Translations under genes and position numbers: made by a program | Part shown: positions 38,000 through 48,849 of the stretch, piece after piece | How the letters are laid out: each line of letters opens with the position of its first letter | How positions within the stretch are numbered: the first letter of the stretch is position 1 | Origin: Planctomycetota bacterium | GTDB taxonomy: Bacteria > Planctomycetota > UBA1135 > UBA2386 | Length of the DNA: 64,000 bases | Direction: 5' to 3' | Assembly: GCA_965228735.1 (NCBI GenBank) | Contig: OZ245838.1 | Location: 6,592,001-6,656,000, forward strand | Notes under the pieces: model-generated | The model's database searches: none | What the model saw: only the letters and a program-made list of their open reading frames with translations | Told to the model about the DNA's origin: nothing

Positions 38000-39076
38000 A
38001 TGGCTTCCCGTCACCGTCCTGTTTCTCCGCGCACCCGGCCGCGACTGCGCTCGGCGTCGTGGTTGCTCGTGCCGATCGGCGGCTTCGCGCTGCTCCTGCT
38101 CGGCCTGATCGTCTACGTCACGGTCGTCGGCGAACTGCGGTTGCCGTTCGGCGACGGCGTCGTGTTCGCGTTCGGCAAGGAGGAGCAGAACGAAGCGAGC
38201 GCGAACGTGCGCACCCTGCCCGAGGGCACGGTCGGAGTGTTCGCGTGCCCGCGTAAGCTGCCCGCGTTCACGAAGATCACGCGCGATCACCTGCTCACCG
38301 CCGACGGGTTCCACACCGTTCCCGTCGTCGAGTCGGCCATCGAAGCCAACGGTCTGTTCGCGACCGACGTCGACGGTTTGAAGCGACTGCTCGGCCGCGT
38401 GCTGCGGCGCGAGAAGCCGGTCAACTTCGCGTTCAGCGAGGGCGACTTCCTGCCGGTCGGGACCAAGGCCGGACCGAGCGCCGGCATCCCGCCCGGCATG
38501 CGCGGCGTCTGGATCGACGTCGCGACGGTCCCTGGCCTCGCAAGTGCCTCGGCGGGGGATCGCATCGATCTCGTGGCGGCTTCGCAGGCGGCCGATCGTC
38601 CGCCCGCTGACCCGGGGCTGCTCGGCAACGTCGCCGACCCCGTGATGCGGGCGCGCGTGCAGATGCTGGCGACGCAGCCGCGCACTGGTGGCGATACGCG
38701 GTCCTGGGTCGTCGCGCGTCATGCGCTCGTCGTGCAGTCGATGCGACCGCGGCCGTCGAGCGTCGCGCCGAAGCCGGCGGCGGCCAACAGCAAGGGGGTC
38801 GAAGAGGTGTTCGTCGCGATGCAGCCGCAGGAGGTCGCGAAGTTCAGCCAGGCGATGGCCGAGGGTGCGACCCTCGTCGTGGCGCCGCGTTCGGGCCAGC
38901 CGGAGAACGAAGCCGTGGACGAGATCGAGGACGTCGTGCCGCCCGACCCGAGCGCGGCGCTGCGGGAGTTGCTCGTCGGCTCCTCCGGGACCCCGGCGAG
39001 CCTCGGCGTCGTCGAGGTCATCCGCGGTGAGTCGCGCGCGTCGGTGACCGTGCCGCGGGGGCAGGGGGGGCGTTGA
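38000..39076 (+). CDS. cpaB: Flp pilus assembly protein CpaB/RcpC-like
   Basis: N-terminal TM, SAF-like region, 'IPPGMRGVWI..GDRIDLV', C-terminal 'VEVIRG'. Confidence 0.78.
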   Translation: MASRHRPVSPRTRPRLRSASWLLVPIGGFALLLLGLIVYVTVVGELRLPFGDGVVFAFGKEEQNEASANVRTLPEGTVGVFACPRKLPAFTKITRDHLLTADGFHTVPVVESAIEANGLFATDVDGLKRLLGRVLRREKPVNFAFSEGDFLPVGTKAGPSAGIPPGMRGVWIDVATVPGLASASAGDRIDLVAASQAADRPPADPGLLGNVADPVMRARVQMLATQPRTGGDTRSWVVARHALVVQSMRPRPSSVAPKPAAANSKGVEEVFVAMQPQEVAKFSQAMAEGATLVVAPRSGQPENEAVDEIEDVVPPDPSAALRELLVGSSGTPASLGVVEVIRGESRASVTVPRGQGGR

Positions 39077-40371
39077 GCCGACGGGACGTGAAGCCAACCG
39101 GCGGTGCCGAGGAACGCGAACGGGGTGCGGTGCTCGTGCTCTTCGCGCTGCTGCTCGTCGGCATGTTCGGAATGCTCGCGGTGCTCGTCGACGGCGGGCG
39201 CCTGCGCGTGACCCGGCAGCAGATGGATGCCGGCGTCGAGCACGCCGCGCTCGAGGGTGTGCGCTTCAAGGACAGCGAGGGCGACGCGGGGCGTCGCCTG
39301 CGCGCTCGCATCGCGATGGCGCGGCAGTTTGACGACGATTTCGTCCTCGAGAACGGCGATCGCATCGGCTTAGGGGCCGGCACGGTAGCGATCGTCACGC
39401 CGGGTGCGCAGGCGCCGCTCGGTGGCCGTCTCGATGTGCCGTTGGCTCCGGTCGCGCGTTACTGGAAGCCCGATCCGGATCCAGCGAACCCTGAACCGCC
39501 TGACCCTGAGTCGGTCTTGCAGGACAACCTGGCCAACGCGACTCACGGAGACTTCGTTGCCGGCACCCACGATCCGGGTGCGGGAGAACCGATCGAGGAC
39601 GATCTGTTCCAGCGCAACGACTTCGTGGCAACGACGTTCGGCAGCTCGACCGCGGAACTGGCCGCGGCCCCAGCGTTCCTTGCACGCCTGCGACGCGCCA
39701 ACGGGCGGCTCGCGCTCGACCGCCAGCTCGGAGTGAGTTCGGCTGGTCCGCCGTTCGAGTATCTGTGGGCGCGCGGTAGTGCGTGGCGCGAACCGGGGCT
39801 GGGCGAGACCAACGCGAGTCGAGCGGATGGCCTCACCGTGCGCGCCGCGGCGATCGCGAGCACGGAACGTGCCCTCGTCGTCACGGCTTTGCCCGGCAGC
39901 GGCCTCGCGATGGCGCCGTTCGCGCTCAGGGCCGAGCCTGCCTCCAGCTGGTCGGGCACCCTCGTCGGTGACTCGCTGGTCGTGACCGTCGACTCGATCG
40001 GCACGTTGACGCTCGGCGGGCAGGAGGAGGGCGCCGTGTTCTTCGCGGCAGGCTTCGCACCTGTGGTCGGGCTCACAATCGCCCCGAGGCCGGGTGACGT
40101 TCCCTCGATGCCAGCTGGCCAGTTGATCGTACCGGTGTACGGGATCGTGGGCACGATCCGGCGCATCGCCGGATTCACTCTCGCCACTGCGACGCTTGTC
40201 GGTGACGAGTTGACCGTGATCCGAGTGCCTGGCGGCGTGCTGCCGGCCGGCGCTTCGGCCATCGCACCGGCAGCTCTCGACGCGCGCGTGGAGCTGGGGC
40301 GCGACCCGGCGCTGCGCGCGCTCCACCAGTCGTTTCCATTCCCCGTTCTCGCACCAGCTCTCCGCCGCTAG
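39073..40371 (+). CDS. tadG: TadG-like pilin-domain protein
   Basis: ERG|AVLVLFALLL..VDGGRL..QMDAG Tad N-terminal motif; TTG start. Confidence 0.72.
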   Translation: MSRRDVKPTGGAEERERGAVLVLFALLLVGMFGMLAVLVDGGRLRVTRQQMDAGVEHAALEGVRFKDSEGDAGRRLRARIAMARQFDDDFVLENGDRIGLGAGTVAIVTPGAQAPLGGRLDVPLAPVARYWKPDPDPANPEPPDPESVLQDNLANATHGDFVAGTHDPGAGEPIEDDLFQRNDFVATTFGSSTAELAAAPAFLARLRRANGRLALDRQLGVSSAGPPFEYLWARGSAWREPGLGETNASRADGLTVRAAAIASTERALVVTALPGSGLAMAPFALRAEPASSWSGTLVGDSLVVTVDSIGTLTLGGQEEGAVFFAAGFAPVVGLTIAPRPGDVPSMPAGQLIVPVYGIVGTIRRIAGFTLATATLVGDELTVIRVPGGVLPAGASAIAPAALDARVELGRDPALRALHQSFPFPVLAPALRR

Positions 40372-40373
40372 CG

Positions 40374-41555
40374 ATGTCCCGTCCAGTTCCAATGCTGTGG
40401 ATCGGCGACGATCCTGACCTTTCGACCGAGGTCGAAGCCGCGATCAGCGGGCTCTCCGATGTTCGCGTGCTGCCGCGCTTCGCGGACGACACCCGCGTCG
40501 GTCTGCGGCTCGCTCGCAGTCAGCAACCCGAAGTGATCGGGCTCGCGAACCTGCCGGCCGTCGGTGGGCTCGACGCGACGGTCGAAGAGCTGCGGCTGGC
40601 GGTGCCGGGTGCTGCGATCGTCGCGTTGCTCGATTCGCGGCGATTCGACAGCGGCGATGCCGAGAGTGCATTCCTCGTCGAGGCCACGCGCGCCGGTCTG
40701 CGCGACTTCCTGCGGCGGCCGTTGTCGTCGGCCGAGCTCGCGGCCTGCCTGCGGCGGCTCACCGCGGGGGCGGGGCGCGCGCAGTCGGGTGAGCAGGGGA
40801 CGGTGACCTGCTTCACGAGCAACAAGGGCGGTGTCGGCAAGACGACGCTCGCGGTGAACGTGGCGGCCGAGCTCGCGCAGCGCGAACCCGGCAGCGTGCT
40901 GCTCGTCGATGCGGCGCTGCAGCTGGGCCTCTGCGCGACGATGCTCGATCTCGAGCCGGCCGTGACGATGCGCGACGTCGTCGATCAGATCGACCGGCTC
41001 GACGGGACGCTGCTGCGCGAGATGGCCGAGACGCACGAGTGCGGTCTCGACCTGCTCGCGGCGCCGGGTGATGCCGTCGAAGCTGCCGACGTCTCCGAGG
41101 AACACCTGTCTCGCATCCTCGCCGTCGCGCGTGCGACCTACGATCATGTGATCGTCGACACGTTCCCGATGCTCGACGGCATCGCCATCGCCACGTTCGA
41201 CCGCGCCGACACGGTGTGGCAGGTCGTCGCGCCGACGGTGCCGACGGTGCTCGGCGCCGAACGGTTGATCGGCCTGCTCGAAGGAGTCGGCGTCGAACCG
41301 GCGCGCCAGCGCATCGTGGTGAACACCTCGGTGCCGTCGCACGCCGGCCAGCTCTCCGCGCGCGATGTCGCGACCCGACTCGGGCGTGACGTCGATATCG
41401 TGATCCCGTTCTCCCGAGCGGCCGTGGCCTCGTGCAACAGCGGCCGGCCCGTGGTGCTGGCGAGCGCGCGCTGGAGCGGTTTCCGCCGACGGGTTCGCGA
41501 GCTCGCGGACCTCCTCGAGCAACCGAACCGCGCCGCGCTGGAGGCCGTCGAGTGA
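40374..41555 (+). CDS. cpaE: CpaE/TadZ (atypical receiver plus MinD-like ATPase)
   Basis: KGGVGKTT, LLVDA, YDHVIVDT; N-terminal receiver-like domain. Confidence 0.88.
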   Translation: MSRPVPMLWIGDDPDLSTEVEAAISGLSDVRVLPRFADDTRVGLRLARSQQPEVIGLANLPAVGGLDATVEELRLAVPGAAIVALLDSRRFDSGDAESAFLVEATRAGLRDFLRRPLSSAELAACLRRLTAGAGRAQSGEQGTVTCFTSNKGGVGKTTLAVNVAAELAQREPGSVLLVDAALQLGLCATMLDLEPAVTMRDVVDQIDRLDGTLLREMAETHECGLDLLAAPGDAVEAADVSEEHLSRILAVARATYDHVIVDTFPMLDGIAIATFDRADTVWQVVAPTVPTVLGAERLIGLLEGVGVEPARQRIVVNTSVPSHAGQLSARDVATRLGRDVDIVIPFSRAAVASCNSGRPVVLASARWSGFRRRVRELADLLEQPNRAALEAVE

Positions 41556-43093
41556 CCGAGCCGCCGCCGATGCCGGACCCCGCGACTCCGGGTTCCGCGG
41601 GCGATTCGGGCACGAGCCGGAAGCGCGTCGATCGGGCGCTGTTCCGCGGTTCGCGGGCGGCCGACATGACGGCGCGCATCCGCGCGGCCAAAGGCTCGGG
41701 CGCCGCGCGTGCCGAAGCGACGCCGCGTCCGGCCGCTCGCCCCGAACGCCCCGCCACCGACTACGCGTCGGTCAAGGGCGAGCTGCAATCGCGCCTGCTC
41801 GAAGAACTGTCCGACCGCGAACTGCTCGGGGCGGACGAGGCCCGCATCGGCGCGTTCGTTCGCGAGTTCGCCAACCAGGTGCTGTCCGAAGAGGACGTGC
41901 CGCTCAACGAACGCGAACGCGAGCAGCTCGGGCGCGACCTGCTCCAGGAAACGCTCGGGCTCGGACCGCTCGCGCCGCTCGTGCTCGACCCGGCGGTGAC
42001 CGACGTGCTCGTCAACGGGCCGAACGACGTGTTCGTGGAGCGGCATGGGCGCTTGGAGCGCAGCGACGTGCGCTTCCGGGATGCCGAGCACCTACTGCGC
42101 GTGATCGAGCGCATCGCCGCGCGCGTCGGCCGCCGCATCGATCAGTCGGCGCCGATGGCGGACCTGCGGCTGCCCGACGGCAGCCGCGTGAACGCGACGA
42201 TTCCGCCGGTCTCCATCGACTACCCGACCCTGTCGATCCGCCGCTTCGGGCACCGCCGGCTGCGCAGTTCGGACCTTCTGCGCTACGGCTCGCTGAGCGA
42301 TCCGATGCTCGCGTTCCTGCAGGCCGCCGTCCGCTGCCGCATCAACATGGTGATTTCCGGCGGCACGGGCGCCGGCAAGTCGACGTTGCTCGGCGCGCTC
42401 GCCGAGGCGATCCCGTCCACCGAGCGGATCGTCACGATCGAGGACACGGCCGAACTGCTCCTCGATCAGCCGCACGTGGTGCGGCTCGAGAGTCGCCCGA
42501 CGAACTCCGAGGGCGCCGGCGAGATCACGATCCGACAGCTGGTGATCAACTCGCTTCGGATGCGGCCGGATCGCATCCTCGTCGGTGAGGTTCGCAGCGG
42601 CGAAGCGCTGGACATGCTGCAGGCCATGAACACCGGGCACGACGGCAGTCTCACGACGGTGCACGCGAACTCGCCGCGCGACGCGTTGAGCCGCCTCGAG
42701 ACCATGGTGCTCATGGCGGGCACGGAGTTGCCGTCGCGCGCGATTCGCGAACAGGTCAGCTCGGCCGTGCAGCTGCTCGTGCACGTCAGTCGCGGCGAGG
42801 ACGGCGTGCGGCGGATCGAGAGCATCAGCGAGATGACCGGCCTCGAGGGCGACACGCCGTTGCTGCAGGAGATCTTCCGCTGGCGGCGATCGGGTCGCGG
42901 CGAACGCCGCATCGAGGGCCGATTCGAGCCGACGGGCATCACGCCGCGCATCGCCGACCGGCTGCGGAAACGGGGCGCCGACGTGCCGCAGCAGTGGTTC
43001 CACGGCGCCGGCGCGGCGAGCCTGCACGGTGGCGGGGCCGACGCAACGCGCGAGGCCGACGGCGGCCATGCGGATCCGCGGGGGCGGTCGTGA
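41552..43093 (+). CDS. cpaF: Tad secretion ATPase CpaF/TadA
   Basis: [39 protein letters not shown]. Confidence 0.95.
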   Translation: MTEPPPMPDPATPGSAGDSGTSRKRVDRALFRGSRAADMTARIRAAKGSGAARAEATPRPAARPERPATDYASVKGELQSRLLEELSDRELLGADEARIGAFVREFANQVLSEEDVPLNEREREQLGRDLLQETLGLGPLAPLVLDPAVTDVLVNGPNDVFVERHGRLERSDVRFRDAEHLLRVIERIAARVGRRIDQSAPMADLRLPDGSRVNATIPPVSIDYPTLSIRRFGHRRLRSSDLLRYGSLSDPMLAFLQAAVRCRINMVISGGTGAGKSTLLGALAEAIPSTERIVTIEDTAELLLDQPHVVRLESRPTNSEGAGEITIRQLVINSLRMRPDRILVGEVRSGEALDMLQAMNTGHDGSLTTVHANSPRDALSRLETMVLMAGTELPSRAIREQVSSAVQLLVHVSRGEDGVRRIESISEMTGLEGDTPLLQEIFRWRRSGRGERRIEGRFEPTGITPRIADRLRKRGADVPQQWFHGAGAASLHGGGADATREADGGHADPRGRS

Positions 43094-43857
43094 GCAGCAC
43101 CGCGATGGGGCAGCGGCCGATCGCGCGCGCTGCTCCCGAACCCGTGCGCGTCGGTCACGACGCGGCCCGCGGTCGCCTCTGGGTCGGCATCGTCGTCGGC
43201 ACGATCGTGGCGCTTCTGGTCGCTCTGCTGTGGGACCAGATCGAGGTCGCGATCGCGTTCGGCGCGCTGACCGGGGTCTTGGCGTGGATCGTGGACGGGT
43301 GGTCGGTGGCGTCTCGCACGATCCGGGTCGAGACCCAGCTGGCCGATGCGCTCGACCTGCTCGGCTCGAGTGTGGCCGCCGGCGTCGGCCTCGTGGAGGC
43401 AATGCAGGGCGTGGTGCGGGACGTGCGGCAGCCGTTGCGGGGCGTGCTGGCCGCGGCGGCCGAGCGGTTGCGCCTCGGCGATGACCCGCAGCGCGTGTTC
43501 GAGGAGGCGCAACGGGCGCTGCCGCTGTCGGCGTTTCGGCTGCTCACGCATTACCTCAGCGTCCAGTGGCAGAGCGGCGGCGCGATGGCGCCGGGCCTGC
43601 ACGCGATCGCCGAGACGGTGCGCGACCGCGTCAACCTCGCGCGGCGCATCCACAGTCAGAGCGCCGAGGCCCGCTTCTCCGTGCTCGGGATCCTCGCCGT
43701 CGTCTACTTCATCGCGATCCTCGCCTGGACCAACAGCCCCGAGCGCGTCGAGGACTTCGTGTTGTCCGAGATCGGTGGCGGCATCGTCGCCGGTTGTGTG
43801 TTCCTGCAGGCCGTCGGCCTCGTCTGGATGGCGCGGTTGACGCGGATCGAGCTGTGA
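43090..43857 (+). CDS. tadB: Tad platform protein TadB
   Basis: T2SSF domain '[12 protein letters not shown]', 'SAEARFS'. Confidence 0.85.
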   Translation: MSSTAMGQRPIARAAPEPVRVGHDAARGRLWVGIVVGTIVALLVALLWDQIEVAIAFGALTGVLAWIVDGWSVASRTIRVETQLADALDLLGSSVAAGVGLVEAMQGVVRDVRQPLRGVLAAAAERLRLGDDPQRVFEEAQRALPLSAFRLLTHYLSVQWQSGGAMAPGLHAIAETVRDRVNLARRIHSQSAEARFSVLGILAVVYFIAILAWTNSPERVEDFVLSEIGGGIVAGCVFLQAVGLVWMARLTRIEL

Positions 43858-44771
43858 CCTCTACCGTCGTCATCGCGATTGCTTCCGCGCTGGCGATCGC
43901 GTTGCTCGTAGCCTGGCTGCGGCAGCGTTCGATCCGGCTCGCGGCGCAGGAACGGCTGGCCTCGAGCTCGCTGAGTGGAGTGGCGTCCCGCCCCGTCGCC
44001 GTTTCGGGTGTGCCTGACGATGCGGTTGCGCGGTGGCTCTTCCTCGCGGGAGAACGCGGCCCCGGCGCGGTCGGTCGCTTCTGGTGGTCGACGACCGTGT
44101 TCGGTCTGGTGGGCCTGGTCCTCGGGCTGGTCGCGCTCGCGTCCGGGCTGCTGGGGCTCGTGAACGACGCGCTCGTCGGGATCCCGGGCCGCGTCGGCTA
44201 CCTGTTCGTGCCGATCGTGTTCCTCGTGCCCGTGCTGCTGCCGCTCACGTTCGCGGCGTGGCCGACGGCGCGGATCCGCCGGCGACGCCGAGCGCGGGTG
44301 CAGCTGCTGCTGCGCGATCTGTATCCCGTGCTCGAGCTGTTCGCGAGCCTCGCGCAGGCCGGGTTGGCGTTCGACGCCGCGCTGGCGCGCGTCTTGTCGA
44401 CGCTCGGTCCGGAGCAGCCACTCGGACGCGAACTGCTGACGTTCCAGGCGGAGGTCATGGGCGGCGCTGATCGCCCGGAGTGCTTCCGGCGGCTCGCGCG
44501 ACGGGTCGCGTTGCCGCAGATGAGCAGCTTCTGTTCGGCTCTGATCCGGGCGCACGAGGTCGGCATCGGCCTCGCGACCACGCTGCGGCGGCAGGCGGAC
44601 GACCTGCGCAGCGAACTTCGCGAACGGGCGCTCGCGCGCGCCCAGTCGCTGCCGGCGCGCCTCGTGTTCCCGCTGGTCCTGTGTTTCCTGCCGGGCATCT
44701 TCGTGATGAGCCTCGGTCCGGCGTTCTATGGCTTCCTCGTCGGTACTACCGGCTTCGGCGTTTCTCGATGA
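43854..44771 (+). CDS. tadC: Tad platform protein TadC
   Basis: T2SSF domain, '[23 protein letters not shown]'. Confidence 0.85.
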   Translation: MTSTVVIAIASALAIALLVAWLRQRSIRLAAQERLASSSLSGVASRPVAVSGVPDDAVARWLFLAGERGPGAVGRFWWSTTVFGLVGLVLGLVALASGLLGLVNDALVGIPGRVGYLFVPIVFLVPVLLPLTFAAWPTARIRRRRRARVQLLLRDLYPVLELFASLAQAGLAFDAALARVLSTLGPEQPLGRELLTFQAEVMGGADRPECFRRLARRVALPQMSSFCSALIRAHEVGIGLATTLRRQADDLRSELRERALARAQSLPARLVFPLVLCFLPGIFVMSLGPAFYGFLVGTTGFGVSR

Positions 44772-45454
44772 CTCTGTCTCGCGTACTTCCACTCTCCTCG
44801 TTCGCCGTCGCGCTCGCATTGACGTCGTGCGCCGTCTGGGATCCCGACTACGAGCCCGATCCCGACGTCGTTCTGCGTGACCTCGTGGACGGCCTCGACG
44901 ATCGCAGCGAGCCGCTGAACCCGGTCGAGCGGCAGCGCCTGCAGCACGCGATCGAACGCCTCGCCACGCGGCATCCGACCCACGTGCCGAGTCAGGTCGC
45001 GGCGGGCGCGTGCGCGATCGGCGCGGGCGAACCGCAGCGGGCGCAGGGCTACGTCGATCGCGCGCTGTCGCTCGAGCCGCGGCACGTCGAGGCGCGGGCG
45101 TTGCGCGTGCGCATCGCGGTCGCGGACGGCAGTCTCGATCTCGCGCGGCGCCTCGTCGACGACGGCCTGCGCCTGCGCCCGGACGCCGCCAGGCTGCACG
45201 AGTCCTCGGCCTGGCTACATCAGCTCGAGCAGCGCTGGGACGATGCGTTGGCCGCCCTCGACACCGCGGCCGAGCTCGACGCCCCGGCCTGGCGACTCGC
45301 GTTCCACCGCGGCCTCATCGAAGAACAACGCGGCAACCCCGAAGCGGCGGAGACCCACTTCCGCGCCGCGCTCGACGCGAACGAGAACTGCACGCCGGCA
45401 GCCCAACGCCTGAAGGCGCTCGTCGCCCAGCGCAAGATCGCCGAACGCCGGTGA
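44768..45454 (+). CDS. tadD: TPR lipoprotein, TadD-like pilotin
   Basis: Lipobox LTSC, TPR-like helices, last gene of the Tad locus. Confidence 0.65.
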   Translation: MTLSRVLPLSSFAVALALTSCAVWDPDYEPDPDVVLRDLVDGLDDRSEPLNPVERQRLQHAIERLATRHPTHVPSQVAAGACAIGAGEPQRAQGYVDRALSLEPRHVEARALRVRIAVADGSLDLARRLVDDGLRLRPDAARLHESSAWLHQLEQRWDDALAALDTAAELDAPAWRLAFHRGLIEEQRGNPEAAETHFRAALDANENCTPAAQRLKALVAQRKIAERR

Positions 45455-45456
45455 TG

Positions 45457-45527
45457 CCCGTACGGTACCTGGTTCAAACCGCAAGGCTGCGCGGCAGCCT
45501 TGCGGTTTGAACCAGGTATCGTACGGG
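45457..45527. repeat. Palindromic intergenic element, family A copy 2
   Basis: 34-bp arms with 1 mismatch, 3-nt loop; between convergent genes. Confidence 0.88.
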
Positions 45528-45529
45528 TG

Positions 45530-47734
45530 TCAGAAGACCAGGCGGCCCGTTACGCCCCAGGTCTGGGGGGTGCCGTTCTGGCCGACGAACTGGGTCGGGT
45601 CGGCCGGGTTGGCCTGGAACGCGATCGGCACGTACTCCTCGTCGAACGCGTTGTGCAGGAAGACGGCGAGGTCCCAGCCGACGTTGCCCACCTCGCCATT
45701 GGCACCGAGGCGGAAGTTGACGAGGTCGAACTCGTCGGCGCCGAGGTTGCCGGCGTCGTAGTAGAACTCGCCGGTGTGGAACCAGTCGGCGCGCGCGTAT
45801 GCGGCGACGTCGTCCGTCAGCTGCTGCATGTATTGACCGCCGAGGCTCGAGGTGAACTCGGGCGCGAACGGCAGGTCGTTGCCCGCGACGTTCTGGCCGA
45901 AGGAGTCGGTGAACGCGTCGAACTCGGTGTCGAGGAAGCCGGCGCTGCCGAAGACGGTGAAGCCGTCACACACCACGGCGCTGACCTCGAGCTCGACGCC
46001 GCGGCTCGTCGACTCGCCCGCGTTCGTGACATAGCCACCGGCGGTCGCGTCGAACTGGCTGAGCTGCATGTCCTGCCAGTCGATCCAGAAGAGCGCGACG
46101 TTGGCCTGGATGCGCTCGTCGTACCAGTCCGTCTTGGCGCCGATCTCGTAGGTCCAGCTCGTCTCGGTCGAGAACGACTCGTTGCCGGACGGCGCGGTGA
46201 GGTTGAATCCGCCGGCCTTGAAGCCGCGCGAGGCCGACGCGTAGGCCGTGACGCGATCGCAGACGTCCCAGCCGAGGCTCGCGCGCGGCAGGATGCGTTC
46301 GAACGCGCGGTCCTGATCCGTCGCGCTGACCGGCACGGTGAAGCCGCCGGACTGGAACACGCGCGTGATCCGCGCGTCGACCTCTTCGTAGTCGTAGCGC
46401 AGCGCGATCGTCGCTTCGAAGCGGTCGCCGAACGGCACGGCGAGCTGCCCGAACGCGCTGATCGCGAGGTTCTCGAAGTTGCCGCTCGCGTCGTCCTGGC
46501 CGACGTTCGTCACCGGGAACAGGATGCCGGCACCGCCGGGACGGAAGTCGTTGATGGCCGAACGCGTCGCGTCGCTGCGGAAGCCGCTCATGCCGACGAG
46601 CCAACGCGGGCCGGTCGCCGAGTCGGACGACTCGAAGCGGATCTCCTGGTAGATGTAGTCCTGCTTCTCGTTCGTGAAGCGGCGCACGCCGTCGAGCTGC
46701 GAGAAGTCGAAGTCGGCCGACTCGTCGATGTCCCAGCCCTGCGCCGAGGTGATCGACTTGAAGTCGAACTGCTCGCCGTAGTAGTCCCACACGACCGACG
46801 CGGACAGGATGTCGCGATCCGTCTCGCCGACGAAGTCCTGCGCGATCCGATACGGGTTGTTGCGCAGGCCGGAGGGGCCGCCGAGCGGCGCCAGGACGAA
46901 GCCACCGTCGCGCGTCTCCTCGCCGTGCAGAACCACGCGCACGACGGACGAGTCGCCGGCGTTCCACAGCAGCTGCGCCCGGCCGAACGCGCTGTCGCGC
47001 GAGTCGACGTCGCTGTTGGTCACCGTGTTGGTCGTGTAGCCGTCGCGCTTCTCGTAGGAGCCGCTGAAGCTGAAAGCGAGCTCGTCCTCGATGATCGGGC
47101 CGGTCGCGGTGACCTCGTGATACTGGCTGTCGTAGTTGCCGAGCGTCGTCCGGAAGTCGGCGCCGTAGTCGAACCGCGGTTGCTTCGTGATCAGGTTGAT
47201 CGCACCGCCGACCGTGTTCCGACCCCAGAGCGCGCTGTTCGGCCCGCGCATGATCTCGACGCGGTCGAGCCCGGCGAACGACAGGTTGGTGTTGCTCGTG
47301 CTGAGCTGCGGCACGTCGTCGACGAACGTCGCGACGGCCGGATCGCCCTCACCCGAGCCGACGCCACGGATGTAAGGAAAGCTCAGGCGCCGGGCCGAGA
47401 AGCCCGTGACGAACGTGTTGGGCACGTAGCGCGCGGCCTCGTCGATCGCGCGAATGCCGGCCTGCCGGATCGTCTCGGCCGAGATCGGCGTGATGCTCAT
47501 CGGCACGTCCTTGACGTTCTCATCGCCCCACTTCTGGGCGCTCACGACGATCGGCTCGGTCGTGCGGCGCGGTTCCTGACCGTCACCTGCCCCGGCACTC
47601 GGAGTGCCGGACGGGATCGGTGCATTCACCTTCGCCGGCGGATCCTGCGGCGGGTCCTGGGCGACGACGAGATCGGTGAGGGCGAGAGCGGCGGCGAGGC
47701 AGCCGCTCGTCGTGGCGAGGGAGGTGTGCGTCAC
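45530..47734 (-). CDS. TonB-dependent outer membrane receptor
   Basis: TonB-box-like 'EPIVVSAQK', plug 'RVEIMRGPNSALWGRNTVGGAINLIT', beta-barrel, C-terminal Phe; GTG start 47734. Confidence 0.92.
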   Translation of the reverse strand: MTHTSLATTSGCLAAALALTDLVVAQDPPQDPPAKVNAPIPSGTPSAGAGDGQEPRRTTEPIVVSAQKWGDENVKDVPMSITPISAETIRQAGIRAIDEAARYVPNTFVTGFSARRLSFPYIRGVGSGEGDPAVATFVDDVPQLSTSNTNLSFAGLDRVEIMRGPNSALWGRNTVGGAINLITKQPRFDYGADFRTTLGNYDSQYHEVTATGPIIEDELAFSFSGSYEKRDGYTTNTVTNSDVDSRDSAFGRAQLLWNAGDSSVVRVVLHGEETRDGGFVLAPLGGPSGLRNNPYRIAQDFVGETDRDILSASVVWDYYGEQFDFKSITSAQGWDIDESADFDFSQLDGVRRFTNEKQDYIYQEIRFESSDSATGPRWLVGMSGFRSDATRSAINDFRPGGAGILFPVTNVGQDDASGNFENLAISAFGQLAVPFGDRFEATIALRYDYEEVDARITRVFQSGGFTVPVSATDQDRAFERILPRASLGWDVCDRVTAYASASRGFKAGGFNLTAPSGNESFSTETSWTYEIGAKTDWYDERIQANVALFWIDWQDMQLSQFDATAGGYVTNAGESTSRGVELEVSAVVCDGFTVFGSAGFLDTEFDAFTDSFGQNVAGNDLPFAPEFTSSLGGQYMQQLTDDVAAYARADWFHTGEFYYDAGNLGADEFDLVNFRLGANGEVGNVGWDLAVFLHNAFDEEYVPIAFQANPADPTQFVGQNGTPQTWGVTGRLVF

Positions 47735-47893
47735 GGCGAGATCGGGCGAAACGAGTTCGCGGGCGGCGAACACTACGCAGTCGTGCGGTCGGTCGCGAGA
47801 CCGGCATTCGGGTTCTCGCGCTTCCTGGCTCATGCGTGACGGCTTCGTGACAGTGGCCGTGGACGTTCGCCCGAAACCGGGCATGATGGCGGG

Positions 47894-48220
47894 ATGGCCA
47901 GTGGATTCGGCGACATGAGCAGCCTGCTCAAGCAGGCCCAGGAGATGCAGCGCCGGCTGCAGGACACCCAGAAGAGTCTCGCGGAGCGCGTGATCGAAGG
48001 GTCGTCGGGTGGCGGCGCCGTCAAGGTGCAGGTCAACGGCAACCAGGAGCTCGTCGGCATCCGGATCGCGCCCGAGGCCGTCGATCCCGACGACGTCGAC
48101 GCGCTCGAGGACATGGTCGCCGGCGCGCTGCGCCAGGCGCTCGCCGAGGCGAAGACATTGCGCGACACCGAGATGGCCAAGGTCACGGGTGGGATGAACC
48201 TGCCCGGCCTCGGCTTCTGA
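47894..48220 (+). CDS. ybaB: YbaB/EbfC nucleoid-associated protein
   Basis: 'LKQAQEMQ..GSSGGGAVKV..DPDDVDALEDMV..TGGMNLPG'. Confidence 0.95.
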   Translation: MASGFGDMSSLLKQAQEMQRRLQDTQKSLAERVIEGSSGGGAVKVQVNGNQELVGIRIAPEAVDPDDVDALEDMVAGALRQALAEAKTLRDTEMAKVTGGMNLPGLGF

Positions 48221-48239
48221 CCGCGTTCGCCGCACGCCC

Positions 48240-48836
48240 ATGGTCGCCCGCGATCGCACGATCGAGACCCTCATCGAGCGCCTCAACCGGCTGCCGGGGA
48301 TCGGGCCGAAGAGCGCCGAACGGCTCGCGTTCCACCTACTGAAGATCGATCGCGACGAAGCGCTGCAGCTGGCGCGCGCGATCGAGGCGGTGCGCGCAGC
48401 CGTCCGCACGTGCAGCGTCTGCTTCAACCTCGATGCCTCGGATCCGTGCAGCGTGTGCGCGGACGACACGCGCGACCGCACGCTGCTGCTCGTCGTCGAG
48501 GATCCGCGCGAGCTCGCGCGCTTCGAGGACGTCGGGTTCACCGGCATCTACCACGTGCTGCAAGGTCGGATGTCACAGTTCGAGAGCATCGGGCCCGACG
48601 ACCTCACGACCTCGGCGCTGCTCAAGCGGGTGCAACAGGAGCCGCCCGCCGAGGTCTGTCTCGCGACCAACCCCGATCTCGAGGGCGAGGGCACGGCGCG
48701 CGTCCTGGCCGAACGGCTGCAGCCGCTCGGCGTGAAGGTCACGCGGCTCGCGCGCGGCCTGCCGGCCGGCTCGTCGATCTCGCAGGTCAGCAGTTCGATC
48801 CTCGCGGACGCGATCGAGGGGCGGCGCACGTTGTGA
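48240..48836 (+). CDS. recR: Recombination mediator RecR
   Basis: LPGIGPKSAERLA HhH, C4 zinc finger, ATNPDLEGEGT Toprim. Confidence 0.96.
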   Translation: MVARDRTIETLIERLNRLPGIGPKSAERLAFHLLKIDRDEALQLARAIEAVRAAVRTCSVCFNLDASDPCSVCADDTRDRTLLLVVEDPRELARFEDVGFTGIYHVLQGRMSQFESIGPDDLTTSALLKRVQQEPPAEVCLATNPDLEGEGTARVLAERLQPLGVKVTRLARGLPAGSSISQVSSSILADAIEGRRTL

Positions 48837-48849
48837 GGCCGCGACGGCA

